Part shown: piece by piece, positions 50,853 through 62,100 of the stretch
How the letters are laid out: each line of letters begins with the position of its first letter
Position numbering within the stretch: the first letter of the stretch is position 1
Made by a program: the position numbers and the translations under genes
Origin: Azolla caroliniana
Taxonomy: Eukaryota > Plantae > Polypodiophyta
Length of the DNA: 64,000 nucleotides
Reading direction: 5' to 3'
Assembly: GCA_043228905.1 (NCBI GenBank)
Contig: JBHGNT010000008.1
Span: forward strand, 248,001-312,000
Notes under the pieces: generated by a model
What the model was told of the DNA's origin: nothing
Database searches by the model: none
What the model saw: only the letters and a program-made list of their open reading frames with translations

Positions 50853-53800
50853 CTATCCCCCCTTTAAAACGACGAGTTTCACGAGTCGTTTTGGATTGAG
50901 GACCCGGTTTCTCGGGATATCGTCGATGGAAGTCTTCTAGAAGAGCACGAGCATTGGTCACATTCTCGATCGGTTCCCAAGTACGCTCGCTGGGACTATA
51001 TCCTAGCCAATCGACTAGATAGTAGAGCTTGTTGCGAACAATCTTGGAATCGAGGATGGCAGCGACCTCATACTCAGGTCCATCTTCGAGCTCGATAGGA
51101 GGTGGAGGTTGTATAGTACGTCCTGGGATAGTGCTCTCGTGATAGGGTTCGAGGAGAGAACTATGAAACACCGGGTGTATCCGAAGTTGCGGAGGTAGCT
51201 CGAGACGAAAAGCGACATCATTAATCTTCCCGATAATACGGAAAGGACCTAATCGTCGATAATCCAACTTCTCACATGGGCGAGTAGTCTTGATGTGTCG
51301 TCGTAGCAGCCACACCCGATCTCCAATGTTAAAACTGGATGGAAGTCGATGACGATCTGCGTAGTCCTTGTGTGATTGTTGAGCTTGTTGGAGTTGAGTA
51401 GATAAATCCGCTTGTATCTTGCGTAACCGCTCCAAACGATCCTCCGCGCAAGGATTTGTGGACACTTCTGGGGTTTCAAGGACACACCACCGGGGATGAT
51501 ATCCCGTATAAGCGTAGAATGGCGTGACTTTAGTCGATGCGTGGATAGCGTTATTATAGGCAAATTCGGCGAACGGAAGAATATCTGCCCAGTCATTCTG
51601 ATGATAGTTGAGAAAGCACCGCAGATACTGCTCCAGTGTTTGATTTGTTCGTTCGGCTTGACCGTCGGTTTGTGGGTGGTAGCCGGAGGAGAGGTTACAA
51701 GTGACCTTGAGCATTTTAAAAAGGTGCTTCCAGAATTTTGACACAAACTGGGGTCCACGATCGCTGATGATATTATCAGGGAGTCCATGATGCCGACATA
51801 CTTCCCGCATGACAATTTCGGCGGTGTCTTCACTAGATATTTCTTTAGTACATGGTAAGAAATGAGCCATCTTCGTATATCGATCCACCACTGTGAGAAT
51901 CGCACTGAATCCCTTAGAGACTGGAAGATCTGTAATGAAGTCAAGAGCAATGGATTGCCATGGCTTGCTTGGAATTGGTAATGGTTCTAATAAACCATAT
52001 GGATGATGTCTTGGCATTTTCGCTCTGCAGCATGTATCGCAAGTCCGAACAAAATCTTCGACAAATTGTCGCATACGGGGCCACCAGAATGATCGTTGTA
52101 CTAAATCTAATGTTTTAGTACTACCAAAATGTCCTGCTGTATATGTGTCATGGCAGTTTTGTACTACTCGAAGGCGGCAAGAACCATTAGGAACATACAA
52201 AAGTTCTTTAAAGAAGAGTAATCCATCACAGTATTTGAATTGCCGATAATCCGTACCTGGTGATTGTGATTGTGAACATGACGCTCGAGAGGGGTCAATT
52301 TGTGCTAGTATAGCTTGGGCGAAAGCGTCAGTCTTCAAGTCCTCACGTATAGTATTGGTAATGTCGGAATCCACGGGCATGTCAAAGATCTGTGCTGCTT
52401 GCAGTCGTGCTGGACCCAAGATTACTTGCTTCTGGTTATCGAAAGCTGGCTCACCGGGACGTGGTGTTAGATACGAACGCCGTGATAATGCATCTGCCTT
52501 CCCTTGGTGCTTCCCCGGACGATATGTAATTTTGAAGTCGAAGCGTGTGAGGAAATGGGCCCACCGAGCTTGACGTCGATTCAGTACACGAGCATCTTGA
52601 AAGTAGGCAAGGTTCTTGTGGTCACTGAATACAGTGACCTGATGAGGAGATCCCTCCAGGAAATGCCTCCATTGCATAAAAGAATCAACTATTGCTAATA
52701 GCTCTTTATCATGAATTTCGTAGTTGATTTCGGCGGCGTCAAACTTACGGGAGTGGAAAGCCACAGGATGTAGCTTCTCGTCGTTACCCTGTTGTGACAG
52801 AATGCTCCCCAATGCGAAATCCGATGCATCAGCTTCGATAATGAATGGTTTTTCCGGATCCACATGACCTAAAATTGGAGCTGATGTAAACGCCTTCTTA
52901 AGACTCTCGAAAGCCATGTCCGTCTCTTTAGACCAAATGAATGATTGTCCCTTCCTGGTGAGCTGTGTGAGAGGTAGCACAATTTTTGAGTAATTTTGTA
53001 TGAACTTCCGGTAGAAATTTGCAAAGCCTAGGAAGCATTGCACATCCCGCACCGAACGCGGAGTGTGCCATTCTATCACCGTTTTGACCTTGGCTGGGTC
53101 CATAGATATGCCTTCTGAGGAGATGACATAGCCGAGAAACTCCACTTGGTTGCACCCGAAACTACATTTCTCTAACTTTGCATACAGACCATGTTCTCGA
53201 AGTCGTTTTAGTACTAATAGTACATGAGAATCATGTTCTTCTTGGGTCTTTGAATAAACCAGTAGATCATCCAAATAGATGATCAAAAAATCATCCAAGA
53301 GGTCTCGAAATATATCATTCGCCATGTGCTGGAAGACTGCCGGCGCATTAGTGAGTCCGAACGGCATGACCGTATACTCGAAATGCCCATATCTGGTGCG
53401 AAACGCGGTCTTCCATTCATCTCCTGGTTGGATCCGTATGAGGTTATAGGCTCCTCGTAAGTCGATCTTCGTGAAGAACCTGGCACCGTTGATCCGTTCT
53501 AAAAGACTTGAGATAAGGGGAAGAGCATACCTATTTCTTACTGTGACCTTATTCAAGCCACGGTAATCTACAACGAGTCGAAGCGAGCCATCTTTTTTCT
53601 TGACGAAGAAAATGGGTGCGCCGGCTGGAGATTTCGAATGCTGAATGAAACCGTTCTCCAAATTCTCCTCTATATAGGCTCGAAGGACTTCTAGCTCGGT
53701 TGGTGACAAATTGTAGATCGGCCCCCATGGCGGCTCTTTTCCCGGTTGTAAGTCGATGGCGCAGTCGTACGGCCGATGATGAGGAAGTGTGTTGGCTTGT

Positions 53801-54402
53801 ACTTTATCGAACACATCAGCATACTGACGATACTTCTCGGGGAGTTGAACGGTGGACTCCTCTTTGGTGGTGCTGGAGGGTTGTACTGATATTGCAAAGA
53901 GAAACATTTCCTCCTTGCGCCCTTCCTCACGCAACTGACGTAGCGAAATGGTTGCAACCTTCTGGGTAGATCCTTGGGTTTGTCGCAACCGGATTTCCCT
54001 TGTCCTCCAATCTATGTCTGGGTCATGTAACTCGAACCATGGTAATCCTAAAACTATGGGATGTTCTGGAATACTAATAATATTAAATGATACTACACAT
54101 GTTAAGTTATCTAGGACAATATTAACGGGTTCCGACTCTTCTATGATATTACCAGAAGCAATGGGACGACCATCAATGACTACTACTGAGGCTGGACATG
54201 GGAGCTTTCTGAGAGATATCTGATGAGCTCGGGCAAAATTCCTATCCATGAAGCAAGAATTAGCTCCGGAATCTAGAAGGGCTAAGGTATGTACTGGAGG
54301 GGTACTTTTAGTACTAACTGCTACTTGGACTACGAACACATCACTAACTTGCTTAGAGGGAATGGAACCACTAATGGGCTGCACAGATCTAGGGCTGTCC
54401 AA
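50845..54402 (-). CDS. pol: Pol polyprotein (PR-RT-RH-IN-chromodomain), copy 2
   Basis: 1185-aa ORF matching copy 1 except NLVRI>NLIRI. The frameshift signal is mirrored at 54397-54441. Confidence 0.97.
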   Translation of the reverse strand: MDSPRSVQPISGSIPSKQVSDVFVVQVAVSTKSTPPVHTLALLDSGANSCFMDRNFARAHQISLRKLPCPASVVVIDGRPIASGNIIEESEPVNIVLDNLTCVVSFNIISIPEHPIVLGLPWFELHDPDIDWRTREIRLRQTQGSTQKVATISLRQLREEGRKEEMFLFAISVQPSSTTKEESTVQLPEKYRQYADVFDKVQANTLPHHRPYDCAIDLQPGKEPPWGPIYNLSPTELEVLRAYIEENLENGFIQHSKSPAGAPIFFVKKKDGSLRLVVDYRGLNKVTVRNRYALPLISSLLERINGARFFTKIDLRGAYNLIRIQPGDEWKTAFRTRYGHFEYTVMPFGLTNAPAVFQHMANDIFRDLLDDFLIIYLDDLLVYSKTQEEHDSHVLLVLKRLREHGLYAKLEKCSFGCNQVEFLGYVISSEGISMDPAKVKTVIEWHTPRSVRDVQCFLGFANFYRKFIQNYSKIVLPLTQLTRKGQSFIWSKETDMAFESLKKAFTSAPILGHVDPEKPFIIEADASDFALGSILSQQGNDEKLHPVAFHSRKFDAAEINYEIHDKELLAIVDSFMQWRHFLEGSPHQVTVFSDHKNLAYFQDARVLNRRQARWAHFLTRFDFKITYRPGKHQGKADALSRRSYLTPRPGEPAFDNQKQVILGPARLQAAQIFDMPVDSDITNTIREDLKTDAFAQAILAQIDPSRASCSQSQSPGTDYRQFKYCDGLLFFKELLYVPNGSCRLRVVQNCHDTYTAGHFGSTKTLDLVQRSFWWPRMRQFVEDFVRTCDTCCRAKMPRHHPYGLLEPLPIPSKPWQSIALDFITDLPVSKGFSAILTVVDRYTKMAHFLPCTKEISSEDTAEIVMREVCRHHGLPDNIISDRGPQFVSKFWKHLFKMLKVTCNLSSGYHPQTDGQAERTNQTLEQYLRCFLNYHQNDWADILPFAEFAYNNAIHASTKVTPFYAYTGYHPRWCVLETPEVSTNPCAEDRLERLRKIQADLSTQLQQAQQSHKDYADRHRLPSSFNIGDRVWLLRRHIKTTRPCEKLDYRRLGPFRIIGKINDVAFRLELPPQLRIHPVFHSSLLEPYHESTIPGRTIQPPPPIELEDGPEYEVAAILDSKIVRNKLYYLVDWLGYSPSERTWEPIENVTNARALLEDFHRRYPEKPGPQSKTTRETRRFKGGIVS

Positions 54403-54428
54403 CCAAACGGCTCCTATTTTGGCTGGAC

Positions 54429-55598
54429 TTAGTCGTTTAACTCTTCTTCTAATTGGCTAAGGACATCAAATTTGTTTGCGAGATTCGGACTATTAGTACT
54501 ATTAGGACTATTATGACTATGAGGATTATCAGAGATTCCTACTGACATAGACTCGGGTTTAGTATAGTCAGAACTAACAATGACTTGGTTTACCTGCCTT
54601 CTTGGTCTATGGGGACAGTTTATCGCGATATGCCCTGGTCCACCGCAATAAAGGCATAATCGGTTTGTTCGGCGTCGTTGCTTTTCCTCCTCCGATAGCG
54701 GCCCACGACGACGTGTAGTGTCAATTTCCATTGGAGTTGGAGTACTTACTGGAGGCGCATTATGTGACTCCCTTTGAAAAGGTTTCGCTACCATTGAGGC
54801 ATAGGTAGGCTCGGATCTTGCCCTCGGCATCTGAAATTGTCGTTCCGAACGTCGCTCGAAGAGGCGGTTGTCACATCTGACCGCTCGACTGATTGCTTCT
54901 GTTAATGATTTTGGCTCTTCAGGGAAAGTCAAGAGTAAATCCTTGACATCGTTGCGTAGACCATAGCGGAACTGCTCCATCAATGCTTGATCATCCCAGG
55001 GGATATCGGCGGCGAGTAGGCGGAAATCTGCAGCATATGCGGAGGCTGGACGGTCACCTTGGCGTAATCGCCGGATTTTGTTGATTGCAGTCCTTATGCT
55101 GTCAGTATCTCCAAAACATGCTTTAAACTCACTTATGAATTCTTCAAAATTATTTAGTACTGGAGATTCCTTTTCTAGTAGCGGAGCGAACCATGCTAAT
55201 GCTGAGCCATTTAACAACGTGCCTACTAAACCGACTCGTGATGCATCGGTGGGATATCGGGACGGATGCATTTGAATAACTAACCGTACCTGGTTAAGAA
55301 ACCCTCTAAACTGCGATCGCGTTCCATCGAACTTCGTGGGAAGGCCAATCTTGGGTTCTTTATGAATCCCTTGTGCTCCGTGCCCTTGTTGTTGCATTGC
55401 TACGATGGTTGCTTCGAGTTGTTGCACGCGTAACGCAAGTTCCCCATGCTGTTGTTGCGTTTGCTGCTTTTCTAAGGAAATTTGCTGAAGATCCCCCAAC
55501 AAGCGTTGATTTTCTTGTTCCAAAGCATGAAACTTCTCTTTCAAGCATTGACATTCCGAGAAAACGGATTGATACTCTTCAGCGCTAACGGTGGCCAT
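54429..55598 (-). CDS. gag: Gag polyprotein, copy 2
   Basis: 389-aa ORF matching copy 1 except residue 16 (F versus C). Confidence 0.95.
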   Translation of the reverse strand: MATVSAEEYQSVFSECQCLKEKFHALEQENQRLLGDLQQISLEKQQTQQQHGELALRVQQLEATIVAMQQQGHGAQGIHKEPKIGLPTKFDGTRSQFRGFLNQVRLVIQMHPSRYPTDASRVGLVGTLLNGSALAWFAPLLEKESPVLNNFEEFISEFKACFGDTDSIRTAINKIRRLRQGDRPASAYAADFRLLAADIPWDDQALMEQFRYGLRNDVKDLLLTFPEEPKSLTEAISRAVRCDNRLFERRSERQFQMPRARSEPTYASMVAKPFQRESHNAPPVSTPTPMEIDTTRRRGPLSEEEKQRRRTNRLCLYCGGPGHIAINCPHRPRRQVNQVIVSSDYTKPESMSVGISDNPHSHNSPNSTNSPNLANKFDVLSQLEEELND

Positions 55599-55673
55599 GG
55601 GATGAAGGAAAAGGGAAATAAGAGACTAGTAGGAAAGGAGAGAGACAGAAGGAAGAGGGAGACTAGTAGGGAG

Positions 55674-55685
55674 AAATCGGTTCAA
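55674..55685 (-). other. Self-priming PBS of copy 2
   Basis: AAATCGGTTCAA on + is the perfect 12/12 inverted partner of TTGAACCGATTT at 55930-55941 in the 5' LTR. Confidence 0.8.
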
Positions 55686-55687
55686 AC

Positions 55688-55820
55688 TGTCAGGAACTCT
55701 ATTAAGGCAGAGAAGGAATTAGTACTAAAAGAAGGATTAGTACTATTGTTGGGGAATAGTACTAAGACAGAGAAGGATTAGTACTATGAGAGGTGTCGAA
55801 CTTTGAGAGAAGGAATGAGT

Positions 55821-55860
<40 letters not shown>

Positions 55861-56150
55861 TGATGCGAAAGATATATGTATTATATGACGGAAGATATAC
55901 AACAGTAGTTAGAAGGCTTAAGACTGGCGTTGAACCGATTTGGTTCGAACTAATGCCTTGCGCCTCCTTTTATAGTGTCTTCAGGAATACTCCTGAAGTT
56001 TCTAGAATGTTCCAGAGAAATCTGGAATATACATCAATTTCCTAATAAAACCTAAATGAAAATAATATCCTTCAAATTACAACTCATAACCTAATGGTAA
56101 AGTCTCGACCCGTGTAACAAAAGGTTATGGGTTCGAGTCTAGTTATGACA
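55688..56150 (-). repeat. 5' LTR of copy 2 (463 bp)
   Basis: Appears identical by eye to 50388-50852 except for one GA unit in the microsatellite. Confidence 0.96.
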
Positions 56151-59100
56151 ATATCATAGCTAGCCTTGTTAGCTTCGATTCGTATGTTTGAACACTAAAA
56201 TGGGATATCACATGGGCCAGGTATGAACATTTTAATTTACTCACGCCCTCTTCTCAACTCCCTCCTCAAATTTGGTAATTTCTTCATGTCTCTCGACCTG
56301 ATTTTCAAAATCTTGATTTTTTAATTCCATATGATAGCTAGCTTTGTTAGCTTCGATTCTCATATTTGAACACTAAAATCCGATATCACATGGGCCAGGT
56401 ATGAACATTTTAATTTACTCTCGGCCTCTTCCCTACTCCCTCCTCTAATTTAGTAATTTCTTCATGTCTCTCGACCTGAGTTTCAAAACGTTGATTTTTT
56501 AATTCCATATCATAGCTAGCCTTGTTAGCTTCGATTCGTATGTTTGAACACTAAAGTCCCATATCACATGGGCCAGGTATGAACATTTTAATTTACTCAC
56601 GCGCTCTTCTCAACTTCCTCCTCAAATTTTGTAATTTCTTCATATCTCTCGACCTGAGTTTCAAAACCTTGATTTATTAATTCCATATCATAACTAGCGT
56701 TGTTAGCTTCGATTCGTATGTTTGAACACTAAAATCCGATATCACATGGGCCAGGTATGAACATTTTAATTTACTCTCGGGCTCCTCTCTACTCCCTCCT
56801 CTAATTTGGGAATGTCTTCATGTCTCTCGACCTGAGTTTCAAAACCTTGATTTTTTAAGTTCATATCATAGCTAGCTTTGTTAGCTTCGATTCGCATATT
56901 TGAACAATAAAATCCGATATCACATGGGCTAGGTATGAACATTTTAATTTACTCTCGGGCTACTCTCTACTCCCTCCTCTAATTTGGGAATGTCTTCATG
57001 TCTCTCGACCTGAGTTTCAAAATCTTGATTTTTTAATTCCATATCATAGGTACCTTTGTTAGTTTCGATTCTCATCTTTGAACACTAAAATCCGATATCA
57101 CATGGGCCAGGTATGAACATTTCAATTTACTCTCGGCCTCTTCCCTACTCCCTCCTCTAATTTAGTAATTTCTTCATGTCTCTCGACCTGAGTTTCAAAA
57201 CCTTGATTTTTTAATTCCATATCATAGCTAACCTTGATAGCTTCGATTCGTATGTTTGAACACTAAAATCCGATATCACATGGGCCAGGTATGAACATTT
57301 TAATTTACTCTCGGGCTCTTCTCAACTCCCTCCTCTAAATTGGTAATTTCTTCATGTCTCTCGACCTAAGTTTCAAAATCTTGATTTTTTAATTCCATAT
57401 CATAGCTTGCGTTGTTAGCTTCGATTCGCATGTTTGAACACTAAAATTCTATATCACTTGGGCCAGGTCTGAACATTTTAATTTACTTACACGCTCTTCT
57501 AAACTCCCTCCTCAAATTTGGTAATTTGGTCCTATCTCTCGACCTGAGTTTGAAAATCTTGATTTTATAATTGCATATCATAGGTACCTTTGTTAGCCTC
57601 GATTCGCATGTTTAAACACTAAAATCCGATATCACATGGGCCAGGTCTAAACATTTTAATTTACTCTAGGGCTCTTCTCTACTCCCTGCTCTAATTAAGG
57701 AATTTCTTCATGTCTCTCGACCTGCGTTTCAAAATCTTGATTGTTTAATTCCATAACATAGCTCGCATTGTTAGCTTCGATTCGCATATTTAAACACTAA
57801 AATCTGATATCACATGGGCCAGGTATGAAGATTTTAATTTACTCTCAGGCTCCTCTCTACTCCCTCCTCTAATTTGGGAATGTCTTCCTGTCTCTCGACC
57901 TGAGTTTGAAAATCTTGATTTTTTAATTCCATATCATAGGTACCTTTGTTAGCTTCGATTCGCATATTTGAACACTAAAATCCTATATCACATGGGCCAG
58001 GTATGAACATTTTAATTTACTCATGCGCTCTTCTCAACTCCCTCCTCAAATTTGATAATTTCTTAATATCTCTCGACCTGAGTTTCAAAATCTTGATTTT
58101 TTAATTCCATATCATAGATAGCTTTGCTAGCTTCGATTCGCATGTTTAAATACTAAAATCCGATATCACATGGGCTAGGTCTAAACATTTTAATTTACTC
58201 TCGGGCTCTTCTCTACTCCCTCCTCTAATTTGGGAATTTCTTCATGTCTCTCGACCTGAGTTTCAAAATCTTGATTTTTTAATTCCATATCATAGGTACC
58301 TTTGTTAGCTTCGATTCGTATGTTTGAATACTAAAATCCGATATCACATGTGCCAGGTATAAACATTTTAATTTACTCTCGGGCTCTTCTCTACTCCCTC
58401 CTCTAATTTGGTAATTTCTTCATGTCTCTCGACCTGAGTTTCAAAACCTTAATTTTTTAGTTCCATATCATAGCTAGCCTTGTTAGCTTCGATTCGTATG
58501 GTTGAACATTAAAATCCGATATCACATGTGCCAGGTATGAACATTTTAATTTGCTCTCGGGCTCTTCTCAACTGCCTCTTCAAATTTGGTAATTTCTTCA
58601 TGTCTCTCGACGTGAGTTTTAAAATCTTGATTTTTTAATTCCATATCATAGGTAGCTTGGTTAGCTTTAATTCGCATGGCTGAACAATAAAATCCGATAT
58701 CACATGGGCCAGGTATAAACATTTTAATTTACTCTCGGCCTCTTCTCTACTCCCTCCTCTAATTTGGTAATTTCTTTATGTCTCTCGACCTAAGTTTCAA
58801 AACCTTGATTTTTTAATTCCATATCATAGCTAGCCTTGTTAGCTTCGATTCGTATGTTTGAACACTAAAATCCGATATCACATGGGCAGGTATGAACATT
58901 TTAATTTACTCTCGGGCTCTTCTCAACTCCCTCCTCAAATTTAGTAATTGCTTCATGTCTCTCGACGTGAGTTTTAAGAGCTTGATTTTTTAATTCGATA
59001 TCATAGCTAGCCTTATTAGCTTCGATTCGTATGTTTGACCACTAAAATCCGATATCACATGGGCCAAGTCTCAACATTTTAATTTACTCTCGGGCTCTTC

Positions 59101-62100
59101 TCAACTCCCTCCTCAAATTGGGTAATTTCTTCATGTCTCTCGACGTGAGTTTCAAAATCTTGATTTTTTAATTCCATATCATAGCTTGCGTTGTTAGCTT
59201 CGATTCCAATGTTTAAACACTAAAATCCGATATCACATTGGCCAAGTCTAAACATTTTAATTTACTCTTGAGCTCTTCTCTACTCCCTCCTCTAATTCGG
59301 GAATTTCTTCATGTCTCTCGACCTGAAATTTAAAATCTTGATTTTTTAATTCGATATCATAGCTCGCATTGTTAGCTTCGATTCGCATATTTGAACAAGA
59401 AAATCCGATATCACATGGGCCAGGTCTAAACATTTTAATTTACTCTCGGGCTCTTCTCTACTCCCTCCTCTAATTTGGGAATTTCTTCATGTCTCTCAAC
59501 CTGAGTTTCAAAACCTTAATTTTTTAATTCCATATCATAGCTAGCCTTGTTAGCTTCGAATCGTATGTTTGAACACTAAAATCCGATATCACATGGGCAG
59601 GTATGAACATTTTAATTTACTCTCGGGCTCTTCTCAACTCCCTCCTCAAATTTAGTAATTTCTTCATGTGTCTCGACGTGAGTTTTAAGAGCTTGATTTT
59701 TTAATTCGATATCATAGCTAGCCTTGTTAGCTTCGATTCGTATGTTTGAACACTAAAATCCGATATCACATGGGCCAGGTCTAAACATTTTAATTTACTC
59801 TCGGGCTCTTCTCAACTCCCTCCTCAAATTGGGTAATTTTTTCATGTCTCTCGACGTGAGTTTCAAAATCTTGATTTCTTAATTCCATATCATAGCTTGC
59901 GTTGTTAGCTTCGATTCCAATGTTTAAACACTAAAATCCGATATCACATTGGCCAGGTCTAAACATTTTAATTTACTCTCGGGCTCTTCTCTACTCCCTC
60001 CTCTAATTCGGGAATTTCTTCAATCTCTCGACCTGAAATTCAAAATCTTGATTTTTTAATGCGATATCATAGCTCGCATTGTTAGCTTCGATTCGCATAT
60101 TTGAACACGAAAATCCGATATCACATGGGCCAGGTCTAAACATTTTAATTTACTCTCGGGCTCTTCTCTACTCCCTCCTCTAATTTGGGAATTTCTTTAT
60201 GTCTCTCAACCTGAGTTTCAAAATCTTGATTTTTTAATTCCATATTATAGCTAGCCTTGTTAGCTTCGAATCGTATGTTTGAACACTAAAATCGGATATC
60301 ACATGGGCCAGCTATGAACATTTTAATTTACGATCGGGCTCTTCTCAACTCCCTCCTCAAATTGGGTAATTTCTTCATGTCTCTGGACGTGAGTTTCAAA
60401 ATCCTGATTTTTTAATTCCATATCATAGCTTGCGTTGTTATTTTCGATTCCAATGTTTAAACACTAAAATCCGATATCACATGGGCCAAGTCTAAACATT
60501 TTAATTTACTCTCGGGCTCTTCTCTACTCCCTCCTCTAATTCGGGAATTTCTTCATGTCTCTCGACCTGAAATTCAAAATCTTGATTTTCGAATTCCATA
60601 ACATGGCTCGCATTGTTAGCTTCGATTCGCATATTTGAACACGAAGATCCGATATCACATGGGCCAGGTCCAAACATTTTAATTTACTCTCGGGCTCTTC
60701 TCTACTCCCTCCTCTAATTTGGGAATTTCTTTATGTCTCTGAACCTGAGTTTCAAAATCTTGATTTTTTAATTCCATATCATAGCTAGCCTTGTTAGCTT
60801 CGATTCGTATGTTTGAACACTAAAATCCGATATCACATGGGCCAGGTATGAACATTTTAATTTAATCTCGGCCTCTTCTCTCGACCCTCCTCTAATTTTT
60901 TAATTTCTTCATGTCTCTCGACCTGAGTTTCAAAACCTTGATTTTTTTATTCCATATCATAGCTAGCCTTGTTAGCTTCGAATCGTATGTTTGAACACTA
61001 AAATCGGATATCACATGGGCCAGGTATGAACATTTTAATTTACGATCGGGCTCTTCTCAACTCCCTCCTCAAATTGGGTAATTTCTTCATGTCTCTCGAC
61101 GTGAGTTTAAAAATCTTGATTTTTTAATTCCATATCATAGCTTACGTTGTTATTTTCGATTTCAATGTTTAAACACTAAAATCCGATATCACATGGGCCA
61201 AGTCTAAACATTTTAATTTAGTCTCGGGCTCTTCTCTACTCCCTCCTCTAATTTGGGAATTTCTTCATGTCTCTCAACCTGAGTTACAAAATCTTGATTT
61301 TTTATTTCCATATCATAGCTAGCCTTGTTAGCTTCGATTCGTATGTTTGAACACTAAAATCCGATATCACATGGGCAGGTATGAACATTTTAATTTACTC
61401 TCGGGCTCTTCTCAACTCCCTCCTCAAATTTAGTAATTTCTTCATGTCTCTCGACGTGAGTTTTAAGAGCTTGATTTTTTAATTCGATATCATAGCTAGC
61501 CTTGTTAGCTTCGATTCGTAAGTTTGAACACTAAAATCCGATATCACATGGGCCAGGTCTAAACATTTTAATTTACTCTCGGGCTCTTCTCAACTCCCTC
61601 CTCAAATTGGGTAATTTCTTCATGTCTCTCGACGTGAGTTTCAAAATCTTGATTTTTTAATTCCATATCATAGCTTGCGTTGTTAGCTTCGATTCCAATG
61701 TTTAAACACTAAAATCCGATATCACATTGGCCAAGTCTAAACATTTTAATTTACTCTCGGGCTCTTCTCTACTCCCTCCTCTAATTCGGGAATTTCTTCA
61801 TGTCTCTCGACCTGAAATTCAAAATCTTGATTTTTTAATTCGATATCATAGCTCGCATTGTTAGCTTCGATTCGCATATTTGAACACGAAAATCCGATAT
61901 CACATGGGCCAGGTCTAAACATTTTAATTTACTCTCGGGCTCTTCTCTACTCCCTCCTCTAATTTGGGAATTTCTTTATGTCTCTCAACCTGAGTTTCAA
62001 AATCTTGATTTTTTAATTCCATATTATAGCTAGCCTTGTTAGCTTCGAATCGTATGTTTGAACACTAAAATCGGATATCACATGGGCCAGCTATGAACAT

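Larger units (their letters stand above)
50388..56150 (-). mobile_element. Full-length Ty3/gypsy chromovirus LTR retrotransposon, copy 2, 5763 bp
   Basis: Reverse-complement near-identical copy of 9417-15148. TSD ATATC at 50383-50387 and 56151-56155. The internal region is 4835 bp in both copies. Confidence 0.97.

Noticed and set aside
56080-56150. Functional tRNA-His(GTG) gene
   Set aside because: Acceptor and anticodon stems do not pair and position 33 is C. It is reported only as a tRNA-like promoter relic.
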